A stretch of 63,159 nt of DNA, counting the filler, from Reticulomyxa filosa (lineage: Eukaryota; Protista; Foraminifera): NCBI GenBank assembly GCA_000512085.1. It is 21 parts of 21 records of this genome, joined end to end, with 100 filler letters (N's around TTAATTAATTAA, not from the genome) between each part and the next. Parts side by side here need not be neighbours in the genome. Positions count along the whole stretch, not along the records: positions 40,339 to 42,388 come from ASPP01011988.1; positions 42,489 to 45,963 come from ASPP01012803.1; positions 46,064 to 48,209 come from ASPP01000698.1; positions 48,310 to 50,275 come from ASPP01027682.1; positions 50,376 to 51,754 come from ASPP01023534.1; positions 51,855 to 52,888 come from ASPP01047664.1; 15 more parts are not named here. One strand, written 5' to 3'. A program made the translations under genes and the position numbers. The number at the start of each line of letters is the position of its first letter. Position 1 is the first letter of the stretch. The notes beneath the pieces were generated by a model, which was not told the DNA's origin, made no database searches, and saw only the letters and a list, made by a program, of their open reading frames with translations. Below, piece by piece: positions 40,415 through 52,988 of the stretch.

Positions 40415-40798
40415 ACCCGAATCGCTTAAAAGCTCGCTATAAATGGCCAATGTTCGCATTGCTTCAACAATATTTTTGATAATGTTTGGCTTTGAATCCC
40501 TCAATTCTTGGTTTGTAAACCCGTTTCCGTGGAGCTTTTTCATTTGTCGCAAAAGTGTGGTCTTGCCACCTTCACCCGACCCCAACAACATCAATTTACA
40601 TTTGATCGTTTGTGTTTGGTCGTGCATCCTTGCTAACTCTTTGTCTATTTCCTCATCTCCTCTTCTTTGCGTTGATAGTTTATCTCCGTCTGAGTTACTC
40701 ACGTTTGTGTCTGTATGCACCTCCAAGTTCAGCTGTAATACTTTGTCTGCTGGTATCTGCGTCTCATTTTGTGACGTGTTGGAGCAACATGCGCCCAT
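40415..40798 (-). CDS. Heterotrimeric G protein alpha subunit, first exon (3'-partial)
   Basis: Has the MGACCS acylation motif and DEEIDKEL...KLMLLGSGEGGKTTLLRQMKKLHGNGF, the G1 box with the QMKxxH motif. Confidence 0.93.
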
Positions 40799-41658
40799 CT
40801 TAATTATACTCTCAAATTTGATACAATTCCTAAAACAACAAAATACAACTATAAATCGTCTTGTGAGAGGTTACAAATATTCCGAATCTTGATTGCAATC
40901 TTTGAATATGTGTCAATGTTTTTTTTTTTGAGGTCAAACGTTTACCCTTACACTAGACTATTTTTTTCTGCTGTGCAGATGCACTGCACTCTGAACACAG
41001 CACAACAAGATCATAGTATCCATTGTCTTTAGTTGTGTTTTTTTCTTTTTCAAGTGGCACTGGTGTGAAGAATACTGTCTGCTTCACAATTAAGCAAGAC
41101 CATCCCTTTCAATTTCAATTTGGTTTTACTATCCACTTTGTTTTGTTACTGAAATTTGACCTATTGAGAATATTTTGTCTTGTCCTTTTTTCAATTGATC
41201 AAATTACTAAAAACACCTAAAATAACACTTAATAAGGTGATTAACTTTTGTAGAATACAAAAACGCACGAAGAAGACAAAGAAGCGCAAAGGGAGGTTGT
41301 CTGAACTTCAAAATGTTTGCCTCTTCAAAACTGATTTCTTATCTTTTACTTTCTTTTCGTTTGTGTGCTTTTGCTTCTTTCTTTCTTTTCTTTGTTTAAT
41401 CATTTTTGTTTACTAAATTTTGCTGGAAAGATCAACCATTCGTATTACAGTTGTTGTTCTAACAATTTTTGCCATGAAGCCTCGCTTTTCATTGTTTCCG
41501 TATAATTTTGAAAGTGTTAAAACTTTAAGAATGTGACTACTGTTAAGAAGATCTGGTCCCACAAATGACATTTGGGACGATTAATAACACAGTACATTTT
41601 GTTTTCACAATGTTTGAACAAGGATAAGCGAAAAGAAATTTAAAAAAAAAAATTAAAG

Positions 41659-42215
41659 TCAAGCACTTTCACTCGAGCTGTCATTATCAGGTTTGTAGTC
41701 GTCCTCTTCATTGCTCTCAGTCTCGTAATTATCAGAAATGGATTCATTGTGTCCACTATCGTCAATGACGTTAGTCTGTGAGAAAAGTAGAATATTATGA
41801 TACCTTTGCAAATGCAATATATACATTACACATAAAATATATAAAATATAAAACATTGAGAACATAACATAAGTGGACTTGTAATTGACAGATTTGCGAG
41901 AAACGCGTTTGGAACGAGGGCTGTAAGTGGCATGATTGGATGCTTCGGAGGACGGGTTGTCGTTAGCGATAAGGAGATTCGGGCTCAAATCGGCCAGTTC
42001 CTTTTTGATTGCAAACTCTTTTTTCAGCTTGGCGGTGCCTTCGGGGGTCAAGTGTTTGTCTTCGTAGGGGACATTGTGTTTCGTGAACAGTTTGCAAAAG
42101 CGGTCGATTTTGGCTTTGGTGGTCGTCAATGTCTTCAACTCGCTAAACAATCGCGGGTTTGTTAAGTTCACCGCGCGTGCTAATCGAGACATTTGGGCTA
42201 ATTTTCTCTCGTGCT
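41659..42215 (-). CDS. Possible HIRIP3/CHZ-like histone chaperone C-terminus
   Basis: KLKKEFAIKKELADLSPNLLI followed by R.SRKSVNY and an acidic tail resembles the KELxxIDxxNII motif. Confidence 0.4.
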
Positions 42216-42298
42216 TATAAGTGTTCATATTATATACATATATATATATATATGTATATATAAATAATAATTTATGAAATCTTTTCTTTTGCACATAC

Positions 42299-42356
<58 letters not shown>

Positions 42357-42488
42357 AATGGAGAGCGGCATTTAAAAAAAACTTCGTGNNNNNNNNNNNN
42401 NNNNNNNNNNNNNNNNNNNNNNNNNNNNNNNNTTAATTAATTAANNNNNNNNNNNNNNNNNNNNNNNNNNNNNNNNNNNNNNNNNNNN

Positions 42489-43206
42489 CTTGAACTACGA
42501 CCGAGGCATTCGTAGAGCAAACACGATCGCCATCCTCATTGGGTTGATACTTGCCGGTCAATGCTGTCGCCCAAAACGAGCCTTCAGGTCGGCATTCTGC
42601 TGTTATCTCCGTTTCATCTGATACATACCTTTGTTTTTTTTTGTTTTTTTTTTTTTACATTTTTTTTTTTTCTATCCCTCTTCTCTCTCTTTTCTATTTT
42701 GAGTATACGATCAATTTTCTTTATTTTTTAGTTTGTTTATTTCTTTTGTTTTCCCCAATTTCTTTATCCTTTTTGGTCTCGTGCAAAACAAAACTTGGAT
42801 TTCAAATTCCAAGGACCATATACTCGATTCACGTGTAATGCAACCGAAGTTCCTTTCTTTGAACTTTCTTCCACCTCTATGCTTCCCCATTTTGTGTCAA
42901 ATGTTGCTTTCGCATTTGTGGTTACGGTTGGACCATCTTTTACTTTGAATTTCACGTTCTATTGGTATCCATGTTCATATTCCCCATTTTTATAACTTTT
43001 CTCTTTTTTTTTGTTTTTTGTTTTGTTTTCCATAAAAGTCGAATTCCCGCACATTGTCCTTCCATATTTCTTCCCCCTTTTTTTTTTTTTGTTTTTTATA
43101 CCGATTTGTCACTTGGTGAGGCATTAATTTCAAATTGACGTCCTAATGCATAATTATCTTTGTCCCAAAAACCTATTTGACAATTTCAACCAATCCAATA
43201 TCCCAT
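42489..43206 (-). CDS. Hypothetical beta-strand-rich protein (possibly porin/VDAC-like), 3'-partial
   Basis: Short exons: MGILDWLKLSN / NVKFKVKDGPTVTTNAKATFDTKWGSIEVEESSKKGTSVALHVNR / EITAECRPEGSFWATALTGKYQP, with alternating amphipathic strands. Confidence 0.35.
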
Positions 43207-43637
43207 TATCCCATGGCTTCCATTCCTCGCCCCCCTTTTTTTTTAAAAACACTACAACAAAAAAACTAACCACTGGTTTTTTTGTCAAAATCACAAAAAA
43301 ATGGAGTAGGCTTTGTTTCAAGTTTAGGAAGGAAATCAGCAACTGCAGACATTATGTTTTTTTAATTTTTTTTTACTTTTGGTTTAGTGAAAATTTGTTC
43401 AAGGAGAGCGTTTTCCCCTAAAGTGAAGTTCAAGAAACGTTTACCTTGCACTTTTGTACTTGTTGCAATTTTTTCTGAAAAGCTACACGATCCACTTGTA
43501 CAAATTGACAGAATGGATTAACCTATATCTATTGCATTTCAAAATAAATATAAATAAATTCGCTGCCAAAGCTTTAAAAAAAGTTCTTTTGCACTGAAAA
43601 AAGTTGAACAGCTCGTAATTGATCTAAGTGTGAGCAA

Positions 43638-45933
43638 ATGTCTTTTGATAAACCTTATTTATTTGAGAAAAGTGACGAAATTATTATTAAAGGCCCGCAT
43701 GGAGGTTCTTTGTGTTGCGGTCAGCGCGCAGAACAAACAGCCGACGGCACTGGCGGAACAGGAACTTATGCTCGATGGATTATCGAATTGTATGAACAAG
43801 TTAGCTTTTTTTGGTGTGTGAGATAAAAAATAGTAGGTCATTTTCACAACAAAACGTGAGGGGGAAAAAAAATATCAATCTTGATTAATGGACAGGGTAT
43901 TCGATTAAAAAATGTGAAAACTCAAAAGTATTTGCGGATGTATGAACATGGAAAACATATTGATATTCAAGGACACGAAAAAGAAGAAGAATCTCTATTC
44001 AAGGGTAAGTAGTGTTGCTGGTTGTCCATTATTATTTTATCTCAATCCCCTCTCTTTCTCTTATTGCACGTCCTTTTTTTTTTAAAAAAAGACAAACAAC
44101 CGTTATGTGTTGTTCATTTGTATGCACTAAAAAAAAAGTCCGTCACAGTAAAGAAGTAGGCACAGTATCACTGGAAAGCAGTTGTTTTGCTGGTATTTGT
44201 GTGTCCCCTTCTTCTTAAAAAAACATGCACGCATTCTAAAGGACAATGAACATGATTGAAAAATAGGAAAATTTGTTTGTATTCGTTCAAATGGACAAGT
44301 GTATGCCGGAGAAGAGGGAGAGAATGCGTACGTTTTATTTACTTACGTATTTATTTTTGCATCCCTTGTTCTCCTCCCACTCTTGATATTTTTTTGGTTT
44401 CAATACAGCAAAAAATTGAGAAAAAAAAAAAAAACAATATAATGAATGAGAGCAGAGAAAATAAAAAATAAATAATAAAAAAAAAATCACGTGATAGATT
44501 GCTAAGATTTTTTAGAGAGGGTACCAGATCAAGTACAATTAACCAAATTGGTGGAAACGAACAGTCCCACAATGTGTCCGGCAGTGAAGAACAACAAGCG
44601 GAGTTTAAGTCCCCGTATTTGTTCAAGAAATCAGACTGCACTGTGGTGGTACAAACACCCAATGGCAAGTTTTTGCGAATCAGCCCGAACAGCCTTGAAC
44701 ATGTTTAGGACATTCTTTGTGTTTAGTTGAATCTTCTTCTAGCATCATGTCCATGCTTTCCATTTTTTGCTTTTTTTTTTTTTTTTTTTTTTAAATAAAA
44801 AGAGCCTTTTCTTTAAATTTTTTTTTAAAAATTGGGATGATAACCGATGGGTTAATAGGTTGATGCGCAAGGTGGAATTGGACCATTTGCTCGTTGGAAA
44901 GTGGAATTGAAAAATTTGGGACAAGTTACACTTTTAATTTCTTCTTTAAATGGAAAAAAAAAAAAAAGAAAAAGACATGTGTTGATTTTGTGTGTTTGCA
45001 GTTTATGATAAAAAATGAAGCAAATGGACACTATTTGCGAATCAACGAAAACGAAGAAGTGGACTGTAATGGGGAAGGAGAAAAAATGTGCATGTTTCGC
45101 TATCATTCGTTGACCGCAAATCTTTTCAAAATCGAAGCGGTGAACGTTCAACACAAATTTCTGCACGCTGAAATGGATGGGACTGTTCACTCTGGGCCTG
45201 GGATCCTCAACGCGTATGTAACTGTAATAATTAATAACAATACACTTCAAACTATAAAGCGGCCCTCCTCTGTTAAATGTATTTTTTGTTTTGTTTTGTT
45301 TTTTTTTTGGTCCATAAATCAAAATAAGTGAATGGCGCTTTTGGCAAGAAGGAAGCGGATTATCACCTGGTTTGTCAATCTTTTTTTTCTTCTCATACAC
45401 ATCATACATATACGTATATACGTATATACGTATACAAGACACACACACAAAAAAAAACGGCACCGAGAAATGTCGTTAGAAAAATGCAAAATTATATTGT
45501 TTGTGATGTTGAAAGAAATGCAAGCGGAATTGCATAAAATTACGCAACCACAGGCTGTCCAACCTATAGTGCAGCAAATAACCCAGCCTGCAATGCATCC
45601 TGTAAGCCACCCGATGATGTCACAGCCACTGGTCTTCACGACATATATTCCGGGAACGCAGGGTTACATGATGCCACAAAACACAGATCTACACACAGGA
45701 AGCAAAAATGACACCTTGGTTTCCTCAAAGCCGGGTGACATGAAGGAAGAAAGCCAAGAGAGATCTCCAGAAGCTGCCGCTGTCGCAAGATGGTTGGAAA
45801 GACTTGGCTTGCCACAATATGTGGATACATTTCTCAAAAATGGCTTTGATCGACTTGACGCCATTTACAAAATTGAAGAAGAGGACCTCAAGTCCATGAA
45901 AGTCGCTCTTGGGCATATCAAAACTATTTTAGC
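43638..45933 (+). CDS. Tandem beta-trefoil (fascin/ricin-B-like) domains plus a C-terminal SAM domain
   Basis: Two homologous units are present (FDKPYLFEKSD..IKGPHGGSL...GGTGTYARW and FKSPYLFKKSD..VQTPNGKFL...GGIGPFARW) with KN..T.KYLR repeats. SAM: VARWLERLGLPQYVDTFLKNGFDRLDAIYKIEEEDLKSMKVALGHIKTIL. Confidence 0.8.
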
Positions 45934-46063
45934 AGGTTTTGCTTTTTTTTTTTTATTTTTTTTNNNNNNNNNNNNNNNNNNNNNNNNNNNNNNNNNNNNN
46001 NNNNNNNTTAATTAATTAANNNNNNNNNNNNNNNNNNNNNNNNNNNNNNNNNNNNNNNNNNNN

Positions 46064-48209
46064 CATGATGACTTCTATTTTTTTGCAGCATTTAGCTTTT
46101 TTTCTAATAAGATCCAATTGTATTCCTTGGCTCTATAAAGTTTTTCGTTGCTGTATGACAATTGGACAGAAAATCAACTTTAAAAAAAAAAATACCCGAT
46201 AACAACGCTTCGCAATGGAACATACAAAAATTCCATCGACGATGGAAAATTAGTGTTCAATCCCCAATCAATATTTCCGCTTCACTTATCACACGTTCGG
46301 GATTAAGTGGAATGGTGGTCCCATTGACGATATCCATACCAGTTCCATCTCCAAATGCTGAGGATCCCCCTCCTTGTGCGACCATATCTTCCATTAGTGC
46401 CCAGTTCATGTTGAACGAGTCAGGCAGTGCATCCACAAAGTCGGTAACTTTTCGGAAATCATAGGTTCCAATTTGTGGACCAAACTTAAGCATTAACAAA
46501 TGATTTTGATCAAATTGGGCCGGAACTCCTGGTGGCATAGATGGACCAATTTCTCCTCCTGATGGCGCACCAGCCGCTCCTCCTATGTCAACACCGGATG
46601 AGATTACATCACCACCTCCTCCTCCAGCTTCGTCTTCTTGTTCAATCGCGGCTGGTTTGGCTTTTTTTGATGGACTACTACGCGCTTTCAGCCATTTCTT
46701 TTCTCCTTTGGTTAAGTTATTGGCATCAAATGGGTGTTCTTCGCGTTTGGCATTTACTTCCTTTTCGAGCTTTCCAAACTTGGCTTTTTTCATAAACGCA
46801 CCCCAATCCTTGTTGTTTACGGTAGGAAGAATATGTGGCAAGATGCCCATGCAATCAGTCCACGCCTTTTGATCCAACTCTTCCAAGGCTTTCAGCAATT
46901 CTTTGACAAAGGCAGCAGAATTCTTGTATGGAAGGGGCGGCTGTTTGGACTTCTCTTCGAAGATAATCATTCCATAGTCATCCAACAGGCCAATGAGTTT
47001 ACGCATTGAATTATATTTAATCATTGGATTTTTGGTTTTGCTCATTTGTGTAATATAAAACTTGGCAAACATTTGTGGAAAACATAGCGATTCGATATTG
47101 GATAATATTTCATTTAAGCCTTTCAACATATCTGAATTTTTGGTGGCCAATCCCTTCTCCAATATGAGTGGTACAATGTAGCGCAATTCAAAAGGGGCCA
47201 TCTGTTGTTTGTTGTTCTCCATACCCGCAAATATGTCTTGGTACAATGGCACGACGGCAGTTCACACAGTGGGCGTAGCTTTTTCTAATATACGATGGAA
47301 ATACCAGAGCACAATATCCAAACTCCATCGAAACTGCATAAAGTTGCTTCCAATCCATTCTTTGATTTTTTCAAAAACTTTTGGATAAATCTTTTTGTCA
47401 TCAAATTTCTTTTCATCGCCCATTTTGCCGGCCGTATCAGCGTCGTTAACAAATGGCTTAGTGGCTTTATCTTTTCCAATCAACACATCTTGATAGTATT
47501 TGTTATCCCCTTTTTCAAATTCTTTGTATTCCCACTTGTTCGTCTTTCCAATAAACTTTTTGCCCCGTTTGCTCCATTCCTTTTGATTGAATGTCAAAAT
47601 TCCATCAGGTCCACTGCTTGCAGGCGCTCCTCCGGATGGCGATGGTGATTTAGCTTTGGAGTCACCTTTTCCACCGGCGTCTCCATCGGCCTCTTCACTG
47701 GCTTTGACATCTCCTTTTCCAGCGGAGGCATCTATCTTTTCGTTTCCGGCTCCACCACCTGACGCCTCCTCTTTTTTCTTTTGTCCATCACCAGACAAAT
47801 CCAATTTCATGCCAATCGAAGCCATCATTTGCATCAATGGCGTGATTAAATTACCTGGGATAATTCCTTCCATAAGCATACTTTGAATTTGTTGTTGGAT
47901 TTGCTCTCGTGACATGGCTGCAACTGGTACTGCTGCGGATGCACTCAATGCGGCAAGCATCTCCGGAGTGATTGCTGGAGTCGCTACAGCAGGTACGTCA
48001 CCGGATACAACAGCAGGTACATCGCCAGCAGGTACGGAAGCACCTCCAATTGGCACTGCAATCATTTTTATCTCCTCCAATTCTTCGACCTCTTCCTCAA
48101 CGTCTACAACTGCTCCTGCGCCTTTTACTTCTCCTCCTTTCCATAGATATTCCAAATTATATTGCCCTGCAGGACCATTTTTGGTTTCCAAGTCTTTGAA
48201 CTTTGTTTC
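46064..48209 (-). pseudogene. XMAP215/ch-TOG-like TOG-domain protein fragment with an in-frame TGA and a frameshift
   Basis: LDIVLWYFHRI...FELRYIVPLILEKG...KTKNPMIKYNSMRKLIGLLDDYG resembles XMAP215 TOG5 (LDLILKW...EASSFIPYL..KVG...KSKN...ECLEELG.L.E.YG). ORFs 47262-48191 and 46257-47252 are in the same frame, split by one TGA. The gene may be intact with assembly errors. Confidence 0.65.
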
Positions 48210-48309
48210 NNNNNNNNNNNNNNNNNNNNNNNNNNNNNNNNNNNNNNNNNNNNTTAATTAATTAANNNNNNNNNNNNNNNNNNNNNNNNNNNNNNNNNNN
48301 NNNNNNNNN

Positions 48310-48949
48310 AGGAGCAGAAGTAGGAGCAGAAGTAGGAGCAGAAGTAGGAGCAGGAGCGAAAGCAGCAATTTCAAAAAGAAAAAGAATAAGAATAACAACA
48401 ATGGGAAAAAAAGAAGACGAAGCAAGAGCATGAATAGAAGTAGAAGTAGGAGCAGAAGCAATGAAGAGAGTAGTCGCAGTGGAAGGAGCGAAAGTGCCAA
48501 TACGAATACCAATGGGAGCGAAAGAGACAGTGACGCGAGCGATGGACGCCACCACAAAGAACACACGAACACGGCGCTCAAGACCAAGTCAATACGAGAT
48601 GGGGAAGAGGAAGAAAAAGGGGATGCCAAGTCCATGGACCACGGAGAAAGCAAACAAAGTAAACAATCCAAATCAAAGAAGACTGAGAGCAAGCGAAGCA
48701 AGCACAAGGATAACAAAAAGAAACATCACAAGAATAAGGATAAACGTACACACAAATACAAAGATAAAGATAAAGATAAAAACAAACAAAGGATAGAAGA
48801 AGAGCAAGAAAAACGAGAATATCAATACACAAACGGTAAGACAAAAAAAAAGGAAGCAAATATGAATGTTGCAAAGAACAAAGAAATGCGAAAAGGGGAA
48901 GACGAAGACGATGAAGGACATGGTGCATGGACTAAAACATCATCACCTC

Positions 48950-48982
<33 letters not shown>

Positions 48983-49396
48983 TGAAACCAAAACGTTTGA
49001 CAAGTGTGGATGACACAGATATATTGTATCAAGAGGAGCGCCACCGACGGAAGAAAATTCAAAAGCAGCAACGAAAGCGGGAAAAAAAGCTGCAAAAGAA
49101 ACTCGAACGTGAGAAGCAAAAACAGCGCGACAAAGAAAAGAAAAGACAAAAGGAGGACGAACAGGGGATGATGATTTTGCAAGAGTTTCTTGCCGCCATC
49201 AAGGCCAAGCATCCGCAGTCACAGTTGCAATTGAGCCAATCCCGTCCTGCCACTACCACCACCGCCACCGCTGCTGCTGCTGTCGATTATTCGCAATTCC
49301 ATAAAAACGTCACTGCTCGATCCGCCACGTCAAGTAATCGCAGTAGTATCAAGAGTGAGCGTTTGGATGTGTCCCAACAACAGCAACAGCAACAGC

Positions 49397-49432
<36 letters not shown>

Positions 49433-50275
49433 TGAAAACAAAAGAGGAATGGCAAGGCCTTGACAAAACATCTCCCTCTGCTCGCAGTGCATCATCGAGA
49501 TTGATGGAGAAGGCGACATCGAAGCAGCCTGAAATCCAAGGAGAAGGCACTGGCCACGAGTACGAGTATGAAAACGACACTCGTGAACGTGAAATTGCAG
49601 AACGTGCATTCATACATGAGGGCGAGCATGATACAAAGGACGATGAGCCTTCATATGCGTATGATGTCGCGTTTTTGGTTAGTCAGCCATTGTTTATCGA
49701 AGATCCTTTGCGATTCCTTGAAAACCAGTCCAATGCTGTCACCACCACCACCACCACCACTACTTCGTCTTCCATTTTGGATGAAAAGTTATCTGGCAAT
49801 ACCAATTCAGGATCTACCACAAATCCTTCTTCATTAACATCAGCATCAGCATTAGCATCAACATCAACTTCTTCGGAAACATCTGCGACGGCCGATGCAT
49901 CCGTCAGTAAACTGCTGATTGTGCCACTGGACGTAAAGAACGAATGCGAAGAGATCAAACAGGCGCTTGGCAAGGCTACCTTTGAGATACGATTCAAGGA
50001 AGACTTTGCGACGGTGAGAGTGATCCGAGAACTCGTGTCAATGTCCACACGTGTGATCCACTATAGTGGACACGGCCTACCTAATGAGCTGGTCTTTGAA
50101 AGCGAGGATCAAGTTGGCATTGCCAGCAAAATGCCGTCCGTCAAACTGCGCGATCTGATCGCCATCGGAGGGGCCCCGCGTCTCGATCTCGTCTTCGTCA
50201 GCGCGTGTCACAGCTTCGCCACGGGTCAGGCCTTCATCGAGGCAGGAGCAAAGCACGTCGTCTGCGTCACTCAGG
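48310..50275 (+). CDS. Low-complexity (RS/K/Q-rich) protein with a CHAT (caspase/HetF, clan CD) protease domain, partial
   Basis: PLDVKNECEEIKQAL...FATVRVIRELV...VIHYSGHG..ELVFE...LDLVFVSACHS..TGQAF.EAG..HVV; the His-Cys dyad is intact. Confidence 0.88.
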
Positions 50276-50375
50276 NNNNNNNNNNNNNNNNNNNNNNNNN
50301 NNNNNNNNNNNNNNNNNNNTTAATTAATTAANNNNNNNNNNNNNNNNNNNNNNNNNNNNNNNNNNNNNNNNNNNN

Positions 50376-50757
50376 AATTGCCACTGTTGCTTGTTGTCGT
50401 CGCTGCTGCTGCTGCTGCTGCTGCTGTAGCACCAGCAGAGTAGTAGTACTAGTAATTATATTGTTGTTATTGTTGCTGTTGTTGTTATTGGCTCGATGAA
50501 TGCCCATATCTGTCATTCCACTACTGTTGCTAAGACCGTAGTCGGCCAAAGGCTTCTTCTTTTTCCTTTTCATCTTCTCCTTCTCCGACTCAAATGAACT
50601 TTCGTTACTTCGATTCATTCGACCCCCATTTGCATTTGCATTTGCATTCGCACCCTTGTTATTCATGCGAGCCTTTTTGTTCAATGCGTGAGCGCCATTG
50701 CCACCATTGGTGCCGTGTATTCCATTGAAAAAGCCCTTTTCCATTGGTTCATTATTG

Positions 50758-50813
<56 letters not shown>

Positions 50814-51349
50814 GTTGTTGTTGTTATCATTGTTACTGTGATGATGACGATGATTGTGATTATTCTTTTTTTTCTTTTTCTTTTTGTTATTGTTATTGTT
50901 ATTATTATTTGGTCGTCTTTGGTGATTGGGTGCGTTTGAATCTTTTGTCGATGACGTTACAGTAGATGTCATTCTTAGATCATTCTCTCCGTCTTCTTCT
51001 TCTTCTTCTTCTTCTTCTTCCTTCGCTTCGTTCTCTTCCTTGCTCCCATTTGCTTTCGTCGCTTTTTTTGTGCGGACATGTGGTGCATTCGCAAGTGGGA
51101 CCTCTGTGCTACTGTCTTTCGCGCGGTCTGTCATGGGGTTGTATCGATTGGACGAAGAAGAGGACGACGAGGACGAGGACGAGGAAGAAAAAGAATTGGA
51201 TTTGTTGTTACTCAATGTCTCTTGCGACAATGATTTGGCTGGCATGTCAGTCATCGGAGTCGAATCTTTCGCTATCAAGTCCGACTGTGTCGCAACAACT
51301 TTCTCATTGTCATCGTTCCACACTTTCAAAGGCTTTTCAATTTCGCTAC

Positions 51350-51389
<40 letters not shown>

Positions 51390-51754
51390 GTTATTATTAT
51401 TATTACTATTATTATTATGTGGCATGTGCAAAATAAAAAGGGGAGATTATTGTAATATGTGGGAAGGGGGGTGTGTGTTCTGAGAGAAAAAGAGGGGAAG
51501 GGAGGAGGCACGTTGAAGCTCATTGTAAAAATAATTAGATGTGTGATTTTCCTTTTTTTTTTGTCGCAAAATCGCTCCTCCCTTCTCCGTTCTGCATAAA
51601 GTTGCCATACTTTGTAAACGTCTCCAAATTGGAGTTGACATTAGCAGTGGTTATATCACTTTTATTCCCACCTTTGTCACATAGTGATTTGGGTATTCCC
51701 AAATCAATATCGTTGGATGTTGCCTCGGCAAACATTCGATTAACTGGAAGAAAA
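50376..51754 (-). CDS. Asn/Ser/Glu-rich low-complexity protein fragment
   Basis: ORF 50376-51431 has AAT, GAA and CAG homopeptide repeats, plus an upstream exon 51535-51735. Confidence 0.5.
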
Positions 51755-51854
51755 NNNNNNNNNNNNNNNNNNNNNNNNNNNNNNNNNNNNNNNNNNNNTT
51801 AATTAATTAANNNNNNNNNNNNNNNNNNNNNNNNNNNNNNNNNNNNNNNNNNNN

Positions 51855-51892
<38 letters not shown>

Positions 51893-51894
51893 GT

Positions 51895-52764
51895 AACAAG
51901 GGGGAACATGTCTTCGTATTGTTCGAGTTTGTTTTTGTCGCCGTCAATATTGTGAGTTAAAGCAGCATTCACAGCTGCATCGTAGGAATACAAATCATTG
52001 GTGGGACTGCGCACACCAGAATATATGACATTGCTTGCACTGGTGTCGGCAGGCAGCTGATAAAAGTGCATCGCAGGAGACGGCGCGTTGCGCAAGGGTA
52101 GTGGTGGTTGAGAGACGACAGGGGCGTGGGCATGTGCATGTGCGTGTGCGTGTGCATGTGCATAGAGACACGAGCAAGAGCAAGGGTAAGGATAGGGATA
52201 GAAAGGGTAAGGATGCAGATACTGACTTCCAAGTCGTGAAGCCAAAGGCATCGGCGTTGGTCCATAGGGTAGATACGATGGCAGCGACAAAGGTATTGGC
52301 ATTTCCAAAGACGAAGGGACAGAGTGGTAGTTTGGATAACAAAACGACGATGGGGTAAGTGAGGTTGACATTGGTGCAGGCGTAGTTGGCGTTGGCGTTT
52401 CATTTGAATTGGCATCAGCATTGGCACTAGCATTGATATTGCCATTACTATTACTATTGCTATTACTATTGCTATTGCTATTGCTATTGCTATTGCTATT
52501 ACTATTACTATTACTATTACTATTGGCAGTAGTGTTTTCGTCTTTCCAACGGTTTGCATGCGAGTACTCGCTCCAAGGGACATGCTGTTGCACTATCCTT
52601 TCATTCGTTACTACTTGGTGAGAAAAATTCGAACACTCATCAAAATTTTGCCGAGAATCCCACACGACACTCTTTGCAGAATAATTCTCTTCGCGTTCAT
52701 TCCACGTTTTCAGTAACGATCCTCCCCACTTTTCATTGTCATTGTTTTCGGTGACATTGATCAT
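51895..52764 (-). CDS. Low-complexity protein, N-terminal exon (NS, YP and AH repeats)
   Basis: Long ORF starting at 52764 and ending at a GT donor near 51897. Confidence 0.5.
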
Positions 52765-52988
52765 GCGTCGTCGTTTGCTTTTGTGGCCAATCTAAAGTGT
52801 TTTTATTATTATTATTATTATTATTATTGTTATTATTAGTATTATTACAAAATTTAACTAATATATATATTAGAGAGACAGAGAGAGANNNNNNNNNNNN
52901 NNNNNNNNNNNNNNNNNNNNNNNNNNNNNNNNTTAATTAATTAANNNNNNNNNNNNNNNNNNNNNNNNNNNNNNNNNNNNNNNNNNNN

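Noticed and set aside
47262-47264. Genome-wide TGA reassignment (Trp/Cys)
   Set aside because: TGA ends IFT172 and other genes here, Trp is encoded by TGG throughout, and the other in-frame TGAs are in clearly decayed sequences.
48258-52754. Many long antisense or alternate-frame ORFs (poly-L, poly-Y, poly-C, poly-I)
   Set aside because: They are by-products of trinucleotide and 12-mer repeats encoding N/Q/S/RS homopeptides on the coding strand.
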